Shown one piece after another: positions 27,901-39,900 of a DNA stretch of 64,000 bases. Position numbers and translations under genes: made by a program. The notes under the pieces were generated by a model. That model did not search any database, was not told the origin of the DNA, and saw only the letters and a list, made by a program, of their open reading frames with translations. Within the stretch, counting starts at the first letter, position 1, and each line of letters begins with the position of its first letter. Source of the DNA: Candidatus Danuiimicrobium aquiferis (lineage in GTDB: Bacteria; Omnitrophota; Omnitrophia; Omnitrophales; Danuiimicrobiaceae); the NCBI GenBank assembly GCA_001804285.1, contig MHFR01000043.1:22970-86969 (forward strand), read 5' to 3'.

Positions 27901-30900
27901 AAGAGCTGCATATCCCAGGATCTTCCCCCATGTCGGGCTAAATATCGACACAACAGCGCTTGCTACCGTCAATACGAACGAAATAACGAAGAAGAGAAAC
28001 GGAAGAAACGCACCTTGAATTTTCAATGCGGTTTCTTTAGAAACTTCTTTTCCCAACATGACCTTTTCCGTTGGAACAATTAAATAGCCGCCTTTGCCAT
28101 CAACATCCCATGTTTCAAGAAACTGATCTTTATCTATTGTTAAATCCTCCCCATTCTCACCCTTTGACACTTCCCGATAAAAAACTTCCGTCTCCGTGAC
28201 ATTCGTAATCTGTATATAATGATCTTTCGCTATGTGCGCTATGATTCTCAAAGAACATGGCGTTTGAGACGACGGACATACGGTACGATATAAATTGAGT
28301 AAATCGGCGTAGGTATATTGGACAGTCGAAAAATTATCATTATGAATCGCTGCCACTTTCATCATTGCGTATGCAGATAAAACAAGCTCTCCTGTCAAAA
28401 ATCGAGTAATCAGCCCCATCAAAATATCTATCAAAATCAGTTCTTTCCCGAGCACATCCGCTGCGACATTAATTCCTCGTGATGCGAGCATTTCTTTAAG
28501 CGCTAAATAGGCCGATTGCCCGAAATGCAGGTCTCGTGATTCAAGCCATGCAAGAATCTCGCTGACATCGGTCGAATCTAAATCGACTACGTCGCCCGGT
28601 TGTAATTTAAGTTGATTCAGCATGGCCTCTTTTGCGGCCGACTGTGCCGTGACATAATTTGTAAGAAATGTACGAACCCCGCTAATAATCGCCTGCTTCT
28701 CATTCAACCGTCGCGTTTTTTCGGAATTTGCGGAAGGATCGTTTAACCTGCTATAAAGAAGTGTCGTATCAACCGAAGGTGTATTTGTTCCAGCCGCATT
28801 CGGTTGATATTTCGCAAGCGTATCGTCCGTCCAATACTCAAGTTCTGCCGAAGACGGATCTCGCCCTAAAATACGGCGGTAATAATCGGAAAGAACCGGC
28901 TCCACTTCGCGTTTCAGAATGTCGCGTTCAATATCTTTCTTTTGATTTCCAAGTTCAATCAGCCGATCCGCTATCGCATTTTCTATCTCCTGTTTCCGAG
29001 CATCCACTTCCCCGGGAATAAGCGAAAGCTGTGTTTCCGCCGTCTGAAGAAGCTCTGTCCGTTGACTACGAAGCTGATTAATCGCGTCCTGAACCCCGGG
29101 AACTTCGAACCGTTCGACGTGACAGCCATACTTGAAACCCATAAAGTTTTTGCATTTCTTTATCTCCTGGTATTTCTGGCTTTCGTAGCTTGAAATCTGA
29201 CCGTCTATTGCAGCAATTCCGGAATCAAGGTTCTCCTGAATCTGCGCTCGCGCAACCTCATCCTGCCATGCAAGGTTTTGAAGCGCGTCATACTTTGTTT
29301 GCTCGATTTGATGTTGCTGCTCTATTTCGTCACTCACCAAATCCTGTCTTGCTTTCACCATATTCACTTTACTTAAAAGATAATCTTCCGGTTTGTTGCA
29401 AGTTACAGGACAAACATATTCATACGAATAAACCAAATTCCCATCTCCATTAAACACTTCTTTAATCCGGCCATTCTGATAATACGATCTTTGTCCGTCT
29501 AACCTTTCGGCGAGCATCATCTGATTCGAGCCGCCATAAACCGCCGATTTCTGTATATCTTCGGATGGCTTCAGGCTCTGGTATGCCACCATAAATGCCG
29601 AGTATGCGTCATTCGCGCTAACCGCAGTTTTAACGATCAAAGGGTTATTGCTCCATTTTGAATCGCTTGTAATCGGCTTGTTTATTTCCTCCTCGGATTC
29701 TATCGTGCTTGATAAATCAGTTTTATTTGCGGCTTGATGCCCGTTTCCATCCAAGAAGTTTTTATTTCCCATTAATAAATATTTTCCGCCGGAACTTTCC
29801 GCGTCTCCCAAAGTCAAAGGCCTCGCTCCCATATCTTTGAGTAAACTGGAGATATCGCTTCTGATCTGATTCATTTGCGGATCGTTGACCGCAAGGACCA
29901 TATATTCGCCATTCTTGATGTTTTCGAGAAAGTTCTTCAGTCCCAGTCGATCGGCAGCGGATGAAAATGTGCCGGAAAAAGAAAGCCACTGCCCTTCCGC
30001 TTCTTTATAGACCGCCACTAAAAAGCCGTCTCCATCGTGCCGGGCAACTTCCTTGCCGGAATCCATTAAGCGCTGCGAACCACCATCCGTTAATAACTCA
30101 ATGGGTTTTGGGAATGCCACACCTTGATAAGAAAATTGTTTTTTTCGATGAACAGAATATGAAATCGCCTCTCCGGCAGCATTCGTCTGATACGTAATAT
30201 CATCCGTCGTTCCCTGCGGCGTCTCCACTTTAATCAACCGGCCCTGCCGGTCATAAGTGTATTTGTTGTAAGCGTACCCGGCAAATTGACGGAATATTCC
30301 CGTATATTTGTAAAGCTCCACTCTTCGATAGGTTTTAAATCCGAGATAGCCGCCGTCTGCTCCCTGAACAAATTCCGGGTTATACGCGACCGGATAATCC
30401 ATGGGATAGGGCACGTCGAAAAGCTCACCGGTCTCAAGCCTGCCGCGGACAGGTAAGTAATTTTCAATTTCAAGAATCATCCCGTTTGCAAATTGGATCT
30501 GGCCGCTTTTAATCTTAAGTTCTTCATCAAATTCAAGATTGACGCCATGATCACCATTGGCAAATTTTATTTCACCTTTCGTCCCCTTATCGAATCCATA
30601 TAAAATCTGGGATCCGTCAGCTGCTTGAAAGCCCGACAAGGTAACTGCCCTCAAATCCTTCGCATCAATCAATGCTCGTTTATAATCGTCTTTCCACATA
30701 TATGGATATGACGATGAAAATTGAAAATCGGAATACGTGTATAAGTAACCGTCTTTTGTAATGTGTTTAATCAAATTTCCGTTCTTGTCATAAAACCATG
30801 TCGTTCCATCCTCATCCGTGACTTGCGTTTCTTCATCCGTAAAATGATACTGGCTGCTCTGAAGCACCTTGTTTTTATACGCAATCTCAGCACCGATCAA

Positions 30901-33900
30901 AACGCCGTTCGCATATTGATAGTTAGTTTTCAACCCCTGCGTTGTGTCCGACCGCAAAAGTTTTCCATCTTGAAACCTCCGGACATCTCCGGAAAGTTCA
31001 TCTTTCACAAGCGTAGTTTCAGTACCGGCATCATCATATTCATATGAGAATTCATACTCACGGCCGTCTGATTGCGTCACCTTGCGGAGCGCGCCGTACT
31101 TGTAATCCATCGATCCCTTGTCGGACAGATTGGCAAGGCCGCCTTCGATCTCGGCATGCGTCTCATTCACGTTTGTCTGATATTCGTTAACTGTCCCGTC
31201 CGGCAAAATAACTTTCTTAATCATATTGTTCTCAAGTTCAACTTGAGAGCCGTCAAATCTGACGAATTTTTTCACTTTCCCGAAATCTTTTCCGTCGCCC
31301 GTTTCCACATAGGAAATGCTAGTCGGAAGGTCAAGCATCGATTGTATATCTGTAATCGTGATCGCCTTTCGCTGCGCGATGTCCGCTCCAACCGCCGTCA
31401 GCATCTCCGTCTCAATCTTCAGGCTTTGGATTTCATTTCCCGTAATATTGAGAATCGTTTCCCAAAGGGGCTTTTCAGTTCGCCGAACCGAATAATAGGT
31501 TAAATTTTTAATATAGATTTGCCCTAATTTCGAAAGACCGGCCGGATCGCGAATCACCTCAAGTGTCGTCTCGCCTTCCTCTCCTGATTTCCCGTCTAAA
31601 GAAAACACATACGTTTTATAACTATTTTGCGCATTATCGACTTCGAATACGTAGCGTGTCGCCAGTTCCGGAGACTTGAGTTTCAGCTCGAAATCCTGGC
31701 CCCATGTCATGCTCGAATCCTGCATGAGTGTGATCCCGAGAAAATCATATCCCGATACTTCAATCGGCTGATCCTTGTGAGAAAACACCATTCCGAGAAT
31801 ATCCGGGGTGATGGTTTTATACTGAAACTGATATCGGATCGCAGCGCCATCTCCGAAACTACCTTTAGTCGCAACACTCAAGTCGTTTGGATTCGCGTTA
31901 AATCCATAGATCCCTGAAATCGGAATCACTTCCATCGGTGACTTATCAAGCAAATACGATTTCTCGACTTCGCGTCCTGCCATCTGAATAAATTCAATCA
32001 TCGATTTAGCCTGGCCGTTAAATGTCGCGGTGACACCGATTAATTTCCTGGCCGCATCAAATTGATATGAAAATTCCGTCCGTCCGTTTTGGGGAGTTTC
32101 AATCGCCGTAATATAAGTGTCCCGGTAATACACTTTCACGCCATCAGGATATTGAACGAATTGATCACCTCCTTGATTAATGTCAAAGCTCGACCCATCC
32201 GACATGGCGACATGCGCACTTAATAGCTTCTGATCGCTTGCAAATTCAAGGTTCGTGAGTGTTGCATTGGAAAGGACAATGGACTTAATCTTCCCATCCT
32301 CAAAATTGATGATTCGCCCTTTATCATTAATCGACTGAAGCTTTCCGTCAGAGCCAAATACTCGCCTGCGGTCGTTATCTTCCACAATGAATTGCCGGAT
32401 ATTTCCTCTCAAATCCTGGTCATAATAGAACTTGCCTTCCTCCAGTTTCCCGCGAGCAAGATCAATAATGTATGAAGCAAGTCCATTTGCATAAACAATC
32501 GTCCGGCCATTCGGGAAAATCCATTTTGTTAAGTGGCCGTCTTTGAAATACTGAACGCTACCGTCAACAAGTTTCCGGGTTCCGCTTACCAATTTTCCGT
32601 CCGCATCCACCGAAAAATTCTCGAGGACCTCTTCTCCCGTAATGGCGCTTCCGCCTGAAGGCTGCGTTTTTGCATTTTGAATCAGCAACATCCGGATTTC
32701 AGATTCCGTCTTTCCTACGAGACTTTTCCAATCGATACTTTTTGTGCTTCGAACTTTCATCAAAGAAAGCGGCCCGATATAGATATCACCGGCAACCGGC
32801 CCGCCATCCGGTGAAAGAATTGAAACCGCGATTTCGGTTAACGCTCCCATCGGAGCGGTTTTCGGGATATTCAGATATGTCCATTCCTCAGTGATTTCAT
32901 CGGTCACAAATATTTCACCGAGCCCTTTCAATTCGAATTTGAGGCGCGTCCCTTTGGGCGTTCCTTTCCCAAGACGCACGGGAACCGAAAGAAAATCATA
33001 TTTCGAAATGTCAAATGAATGATAAAGCGCCCAAATTCCAACCGGCATTTCCAGATACTTCAAGTCAAATTGAAGATGACGGACCGCTCCGATGAGCGGG
33101 TCCTGGGTGATTGCCTGTCTTGCAGACCCGTAACCGGATGTATAAAAAGTGCCCAGCGAATACGATTCATCCAGCAAATCCAGAATAAAATCCTCAAAAA
33201 GAGATTTCCCTGCAAACGGATCTCCGCTTGTCAGCAGATATTCCTGCAAATTCATCGAAATAAAATTTGTATCATCGATCGGAAATTCAATCTCGGGATG
33301 ATGAAATTTCCCGGTCGGAGTAAAATAATTCACGACTTGTCCTGCCCCATATTCAGGGTCAACGACCGTCGTAACGAACGCCGGGCGTTTAATCAATTCC
33401 GGTGAAAGACCATCGGGATGTGCAGCGCTCCCGCCATAAAGAATAGAAGGCGTAATCCCGAAATTACCCGCTGTCGGATTATTTTCCATGACAGGCGTAA
33501 GCCCAAGGCTAAACGACTGGTAAATCTGGTCTACCGTATTTTTCATGTTTTTCTGTGTTAAATAATTTTGATAATAATTCTGGCTCGTTTTCAGGAGTGC
33601 GAGCAAAAATGAAGCCTGATCAATTCCATAATAACGGCTCGAATACACGGGTTGCTTGGTTGTAACCGGCTGTAACGTGACAGGATCTACCGTTGTCACG
33701 TTTCTGATTGCAAGAGAGTCCACATATCCGTATGCCGTTTTCACTTGCGGGAATTTCGTTTCGATATTCTTCAAGAACTGAAGGACGTAATGAGGAGCAA
33801 GCCCGAATGCAGATGCCGTCCCATAAATCGAACCGATATCCGTCAAAAGATGGTCATCGGTTTCAGACGCTTCCGGAAGCCCGATTTTACCGACATAATC

Positions 33901-36900
33901 ACCACCCGGATTCGAGCCTGCCGATAAAAGGCCCGGCACTTCTTGTTGACTGACATAATCCGCCTGCGCATAAAGAAAATTACGGAGCGCAATATTAAAC
34001 TCGCTATATTGCGTTTCGTCCTGATAAATCAAAGGCCAGAACATCTGGAAGGCCCCGCCGTCGAACGGAACGGCGTTATTAAACTGAAGGCCGTCCGAAC
34101 TTTCATACGGGCGGATCGTAATCGCAAGTTTCTCGAGGGCGGGCGTATATTCCGGATGGCGAGCGACAAGCCAGAAAAGCCCGGTCCTGAACTCATTAAA
34201 AAGACGGTCCATTTGCCCCGCAAAGGAGCCGGTAGTCCCCGAAAATTCATAGGCCATATTAAATTGTTTTTTCGAGGAATTATAAAATTGGGCATAGCCC
34301 GGATCTTGAGCTGTCAAAATGTCGTTTGATTTCGAAATAATTTGATCGCGAAGGACGCTAAGCGCTGGGTCAAGAGAAAGACCGGTAAGCGCTCCGATCA
34401 CACTTGAAAGACTAACGGATAAATTCAAATTATCGCCAAGGCCGATACTATTAAACGTCCTTTCATAACTAACAACCGTCTGCGTCTGGCCCGTTAGATT
34501 TCCTAAAGGATCAAGAACAGGGACTTGAGTTTCCTTGATTGTGAAAAACGAAAACATCCCGTTCCAACCGGCTTGCTGTTGAGCAACTTTCAGAGAACTT
34601 AGAAGCGTCACGAGTTTTTGAAACGCCTGCTCCCGGGTTATCTTGGAAGTAACATAATCGCCTTTTGCGATCGCGACAAGAATTTCAGCCCAGAAACCGG
34701 CAAGGGTCGCCTGGCTGTAATTGGATGATTGGTGAGTTCCCGCATCGTAATTATCGAACGGAAGTTCCGTTAACGCGTGAATTGAAGCGCTGCTTGTGAA
34801 ATACTCAAACTCTTTTTCAATCAATTGATTCCGATAAATCTGTTCTGCCTCGGTGAGCGGCTGAGCGGGAACAGGGGTCGTCGGAACGATCGGCTCGGGC
34901 TCTTCTTCCGAAAATTTAACCATTTGCCCGGACGGCGTGATCTGCTGTTTCAAGAGTCCATTTTCAATCAGATATTGAGTGCCGTCCGAAAAAAGAATTT
35001 CACCGGAGAGAACGCTTCCGGCCGGATCGATTGTAACGGCTCGAAGTTCGGCGCCGGTTAATTTGAGAGACGGCACATAATACGTGCCATCGGGAAGAAC
35101 GGGTACATCGTAAATACCGGATTGTCCGTCTTTTGTCTGAATATATCGAATCGGTTTCCCATTCTCAAATTCAATTCGACGGCCATCATCCAAATCTATC
35201 GATATGAGATCGAGTTTCCGTTCTGTTTTTCCGGATGTATTGATGCCTGAACTAATCTGATAGGTCCTTCCGTCCGGCGTTTTCATCGTGATCGGCTGGC
35301 CGCTTGTATAGGTTGTAATATTTCCATTTGAATCTTGTCGGGTTTTGATTGTCGAATTCTGATAGGTCTCAACGGTTCCATCCTCATATGTGCGGACATA
35401 TCCCGTGAGTTGCGCACCGTTCCATGTTAAATTGGCGAGAACACTACCATCCCCCGCCTGGATTTCATTCAGTTTTTCAGCATTCACTTCAAGAACAGTC
35501 CCATCGCTTAACGTAATCGAATTTAAATTACCAGTCTGATTAAACGATTGATCAATGCCGTTTTGAGATAAGGCGAGGTTTTCGATATCTCCATCCTCGT
35601 TCGTCAAGGCCGTAAAAAACATGGTTGATTTCGATTGGTCCATTAACGATTCCGGAAGTCCGTTATCGAGCGCAAGTTCCTCTTCTTTCCCGGAAATCAC
35701 TTTTGTCATTTGATGATTCATGTCATAGTCGATCTGGATCGGAATTTTCGATTCAAGGGTCGCTTTGATCGTTGGATAACTCGCAAGATTATTCTGTATT
35801 TCGCCAATGGGAAGAGGCGTGCTGGTTCCGGCCGGTGTCACGTAAATGAGCGTTGACCGGGAGCCGGTTTGTTCGACACCGGAATAGATTCCGTTTATTT
35901 CATAGAGATAGTAATTGCCGGAATTATCTTTATATTCGTGAAGGGAACCGTTCACGTACCGGATATCCGTTCCATCCGTTTTCTTAAACCAAACCGGAAG
36001 TCCTGCTCCATCATAAAAACTTGTCATATCTTGTTCAGACATTAAAGTCCCGATGACTTTCCCTGCCGGATCCAACTGATAAGAAAAACGAACGATTTTT
36101 TGGTCTTGTCCGACAATTGAAGTGACAAAATTGTCTGCGTTGTAACGTGTTGTCGCGCCATCCGAAGAAAGTTTATAAAGCGCATGTCCTCCCTCAAAAA
36201 GAAGCTTGTCCCCGTTCTTAAATACGAGAAGTCCGCCTGTTAGGACATCTCCGTTGAAAACAGGCAAATAAAGTTCATAATCGTCTGTCTTTTCGATAGC
36301 TACAAGATTCCCCTGATCATATTTCACAACTAGGCCGTCTTCTGTGGTCATTGAAACGAGATCCGAACTCAATACAGGAACTGTCGGCATAGCGGGAAGA
36401 GACGGTTCAGTCCCGTTAAAAGTCACCACAAAATCGGAATAAGTATAAAGACCGCGATCGAGCGCTCTTACGAGTATTCGATTCTCACCGGTATGCAATT
36501 TCCAATTCTCGGTTTTTTCTACACCGTTTACTGTATACCGGAGAACATAATCCGGACTCGCCGTAACCGCTGAAGACAAAAATTGAATAGCAGGCGGCGT
36601 GGCGGTCGTTAGCAGAATAGAATCAGAAAAGGTTTGAGTTAAACCGGCATGGTCGCGAACCTCCACTAAAACAGTTTTCTCGCCCTCCCCGCTGGAAAGT
36701 GTTAACGTTTTAGTGCTTTGAAAATTCTCCCAGGCTGTCCAATTCGTCCCGCCATCCGTTGATAAGCGGACGGAATCAAGGCCAGACGTCTCGTCTTCAA
36801 CGTTTAACGCCAATGAGATATTTGCTGATGACGTTTTGCTCGCCCCGTTATTGATGATAACTGACCCAGAGGGAGCAATTGTATCTCTAACCGTGCTGAC

Positions 36901-39900
36901 TTCTACAACATTGCTTTTGCTGCCGCTTCCGTCCCTTGCAAAAATAGAAAATGTATAATTGCCGTCCGCTGAGAGCGGAACTTCAACTGACCATGACGTT
37001 TGAACGTCTGATGGGACCTTTTCGACGCCATTGATCCAGATAGAAGTGCCGGATGTTTTCGTTCCTGATATCGTTCGTAAATGAGCCGTTGTATATTGCG
37101 GTAATGGGTTGACTACCGGTAAAGAAACAGTTATTCCTGAATTCTTGACTACAAAATTATCAAAAAATTCAGAGCCCATTTGTGAATAGATTCCGACCGT
37201 CCCGTTTTGAATCGAACCATCTTGCGCGGTTACACGGGTCTCACCGTCAAAAACCATTTCGAATTGATTTCCATTAACAATCACTTTCATATGATGATAA
37301 AGAGAGTCTGAAATGATTGGAGTCGAGCTTTGGGTAAGAACCGTTGATGCCCCATTTACCACTTTAATAAATTTGAAATATCCGGAAGAATAGTTTCTTG
37401 TATAAACTGCCAAATAATAATTTTGAAGGTCTTGTTTCCTGAAAATGAGCCCGACTTGGTCAACGTCCCATGACCTGATGGCCATATCAAAATCAATTTC
37501 ATAGTTATTAACAGATGGCGCATTTGCTAAAACAATTTGGCCGGGGACACCTGCTACTGACTGCCATAAGTTGTTGTTCCCAATAGAAAATGATCCGCTT
37601 TGCACAGTCCAATTCGCCCCCAAAGAAGTCCTGCCATTAAAATCATCCAGAAAAAGGACGGGATCGGTACCCATGTTGAGCGTGATCCGGTCTTCGTAAT
37701 AAGAACTTTCATTTCCCGCCGCATCACGAATTTTATACTTCACGGTTTTTTCACCATTTCCGTCCGGGAGCAGCACCGAAAGTTCCGGAACATAGCTTTG
37801 CCACGCGCTCCACGTGCTTCCGCCATCTAAAGAATAAAGGATGCTTGAAACCCCTGCCCCATTCCCATCATCAGCCGCAAAAGTGAGTGTAACAGTCCTT
37901 GATGTCGTGCTCACGTCTCCATGATTGATTACCACACTGCCGGTAGGCACTGTTTTATCGAGAAAAATTGATTGTGAATAAATCGTGCTTTCATTCCCTG
38001 CTTTATCGAAATATTTGACATAAATTGTCTTATTGCCGTCCCCGGAAGGAAGCGTGAAATTCCTGAGGGTTGTATAGTTTTCTGAAGCAGTCCAGCTTAC
38101 GTTGTTCGTGGAAAAACTCATTTTACTGATACCAGACCCCGTATCGGCAGCAGAAAGCCTTAATGTTACTTGCGTTGACGTGGCATAAGCAGCGCCATAA
38201 TTAATTTCGAGTGAGCCAGTAGGAGATGTTGCATCCAACGAAATCGAATTTGAGCAAATCGTGCTCGCATTTCCCGCTTTATCGAAAAACTGTACATAAA
38301 CGGTTTTTGTCCCATCTCCGGAAGGAAATGAGAAATTTTTCGATGAAGAATAAGTTTCAGCCTCAGTCCAGCTGATATTATCAGTAGAAAAACTCATGGT
38401 CTCAATTCCCGCGCCGGAATCCTGAGCGGATAAATTGAGTGTAACTGAATTTGAAGTCGTATAACTCGCCCCGGCATTAATCGTAACAGATCCGGTTGGA
38501 AGAATCGTATCCAGAAAAACCGCCACTGATACCGGGCTCGACCAAGTGCCAGACTTATCCAGAAATTTCACCCAAACAGTTTTATTCCCGTCACCGACAG
38601 TAAAATCCCATGATTTCGTTATCTTATAAGTTTCAGCGGTAGTCCAGTTTGCGTTATCCGTCGAAAAACTCATTTTGTCCAAACCAGAACCTGAATCTGA
38701 CGCATTCACATTAAGCGTTACATGGGTCTGTGTGATATATTGAACGCCGCCATTAACCGAAATTGTTCCTTGAGGTGCTGTTGTATCGAGGATAATAGCC
38801 CTATGCGTCACACTGCTCGCATTCCCCGCTTTATCGAAAAACTTCACATAAATGGTTTTCGTTCCATCTCCCGCAGGAAGTGAAAAACTTTTTGATGTGG
38901 CGTAAATTTCAGGTGTTGTCCAATTCGCGTTGTCCGTCGAAAAACTCATCTTATCGATTCCGGAAGCAGAATCCTGACCAGATAAATTGAGTGTCACAGT
39001 TTGCGTATTTGAATAGAATGCCCCGTTATTGATTTGAACAGAACCAGTTGGTAAAACCGTATCCAATAGAACCGTTACGGAAACCGGGCTTGATGACTTG
39101 CTTGCTTTGTCGAGAAATTTCACCCACACGGTTTTATTTCCGTCACCACCAGAAAAATCCCAGGATTTCGTCGTACTATAAACTTCAGGTTCTGAATAAG
39201 TAATATTGTCCGTAGAAAAACTCATTTTATCCAAACCGGAACCAGAATCAGTCGCGCTTAGATTAAGCGCCACATTCGTCTGCTTAATATATTGAGCGCC
39301 GTTATTAACAGCAATCGTCCCTTGCGGTGGCACAGTGTCCAACATAATCGATTTCGAATAGACCGTGCTGACTTTTCCGGCCTTATCGTAATAACGAACA
39401 TACACGGTTTTTGAACCATCACCGGTTGGAAGTGTGAAATTCTTAGTTGCCGAAAATGCTTCAGGCGTTGTCCAAGTTGAGTTATTGGTCGAAAAACTCA
39501 TTTTATTAATCCCGGATCCGGCGTCTTGCGCAGTCAATTTAAGTGTAACGACCGTGGAAGACGTATAAATCTCCCCGTTATTAATGGTTATCGATCCCGT
39601 AGGAATCGTCGTGTCGAGGATGATCGTGGAAGATACAGGATTTGACCATGTCCCGGCTTTATCCTGAAATTTCACCCATACGGTTTTTGAGCCATCTCCC
39701 GTTGGAAGCGAATAACTTCTGGAATTGGAATAAGTGTACGAAGATGTCCAATTCACATTGTCCGTTGAAAAACGCACATAGCTGATTCCGGATCCGGAAT
39801 CCTGAGCAGACAAATTAAGCGTGACATAGCTGGATGTCGTATAAAGAGCACCATTATTAATTTTAATCCAGCCAACCGGAGGAACCGTATCAAGCTTGAC

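Noticed and set aside
28000-28100. Reverse-transcriptase, retron or DGR signatures, considering the repeat-rich giant gene.
   Set aside because: No YxDD-containing ORF was seen, and no template/variable repeat pair with adenine-specific differences was detected by eye. The repeat diversity in the giant gene looks like ordinary divergence of tandem domains.
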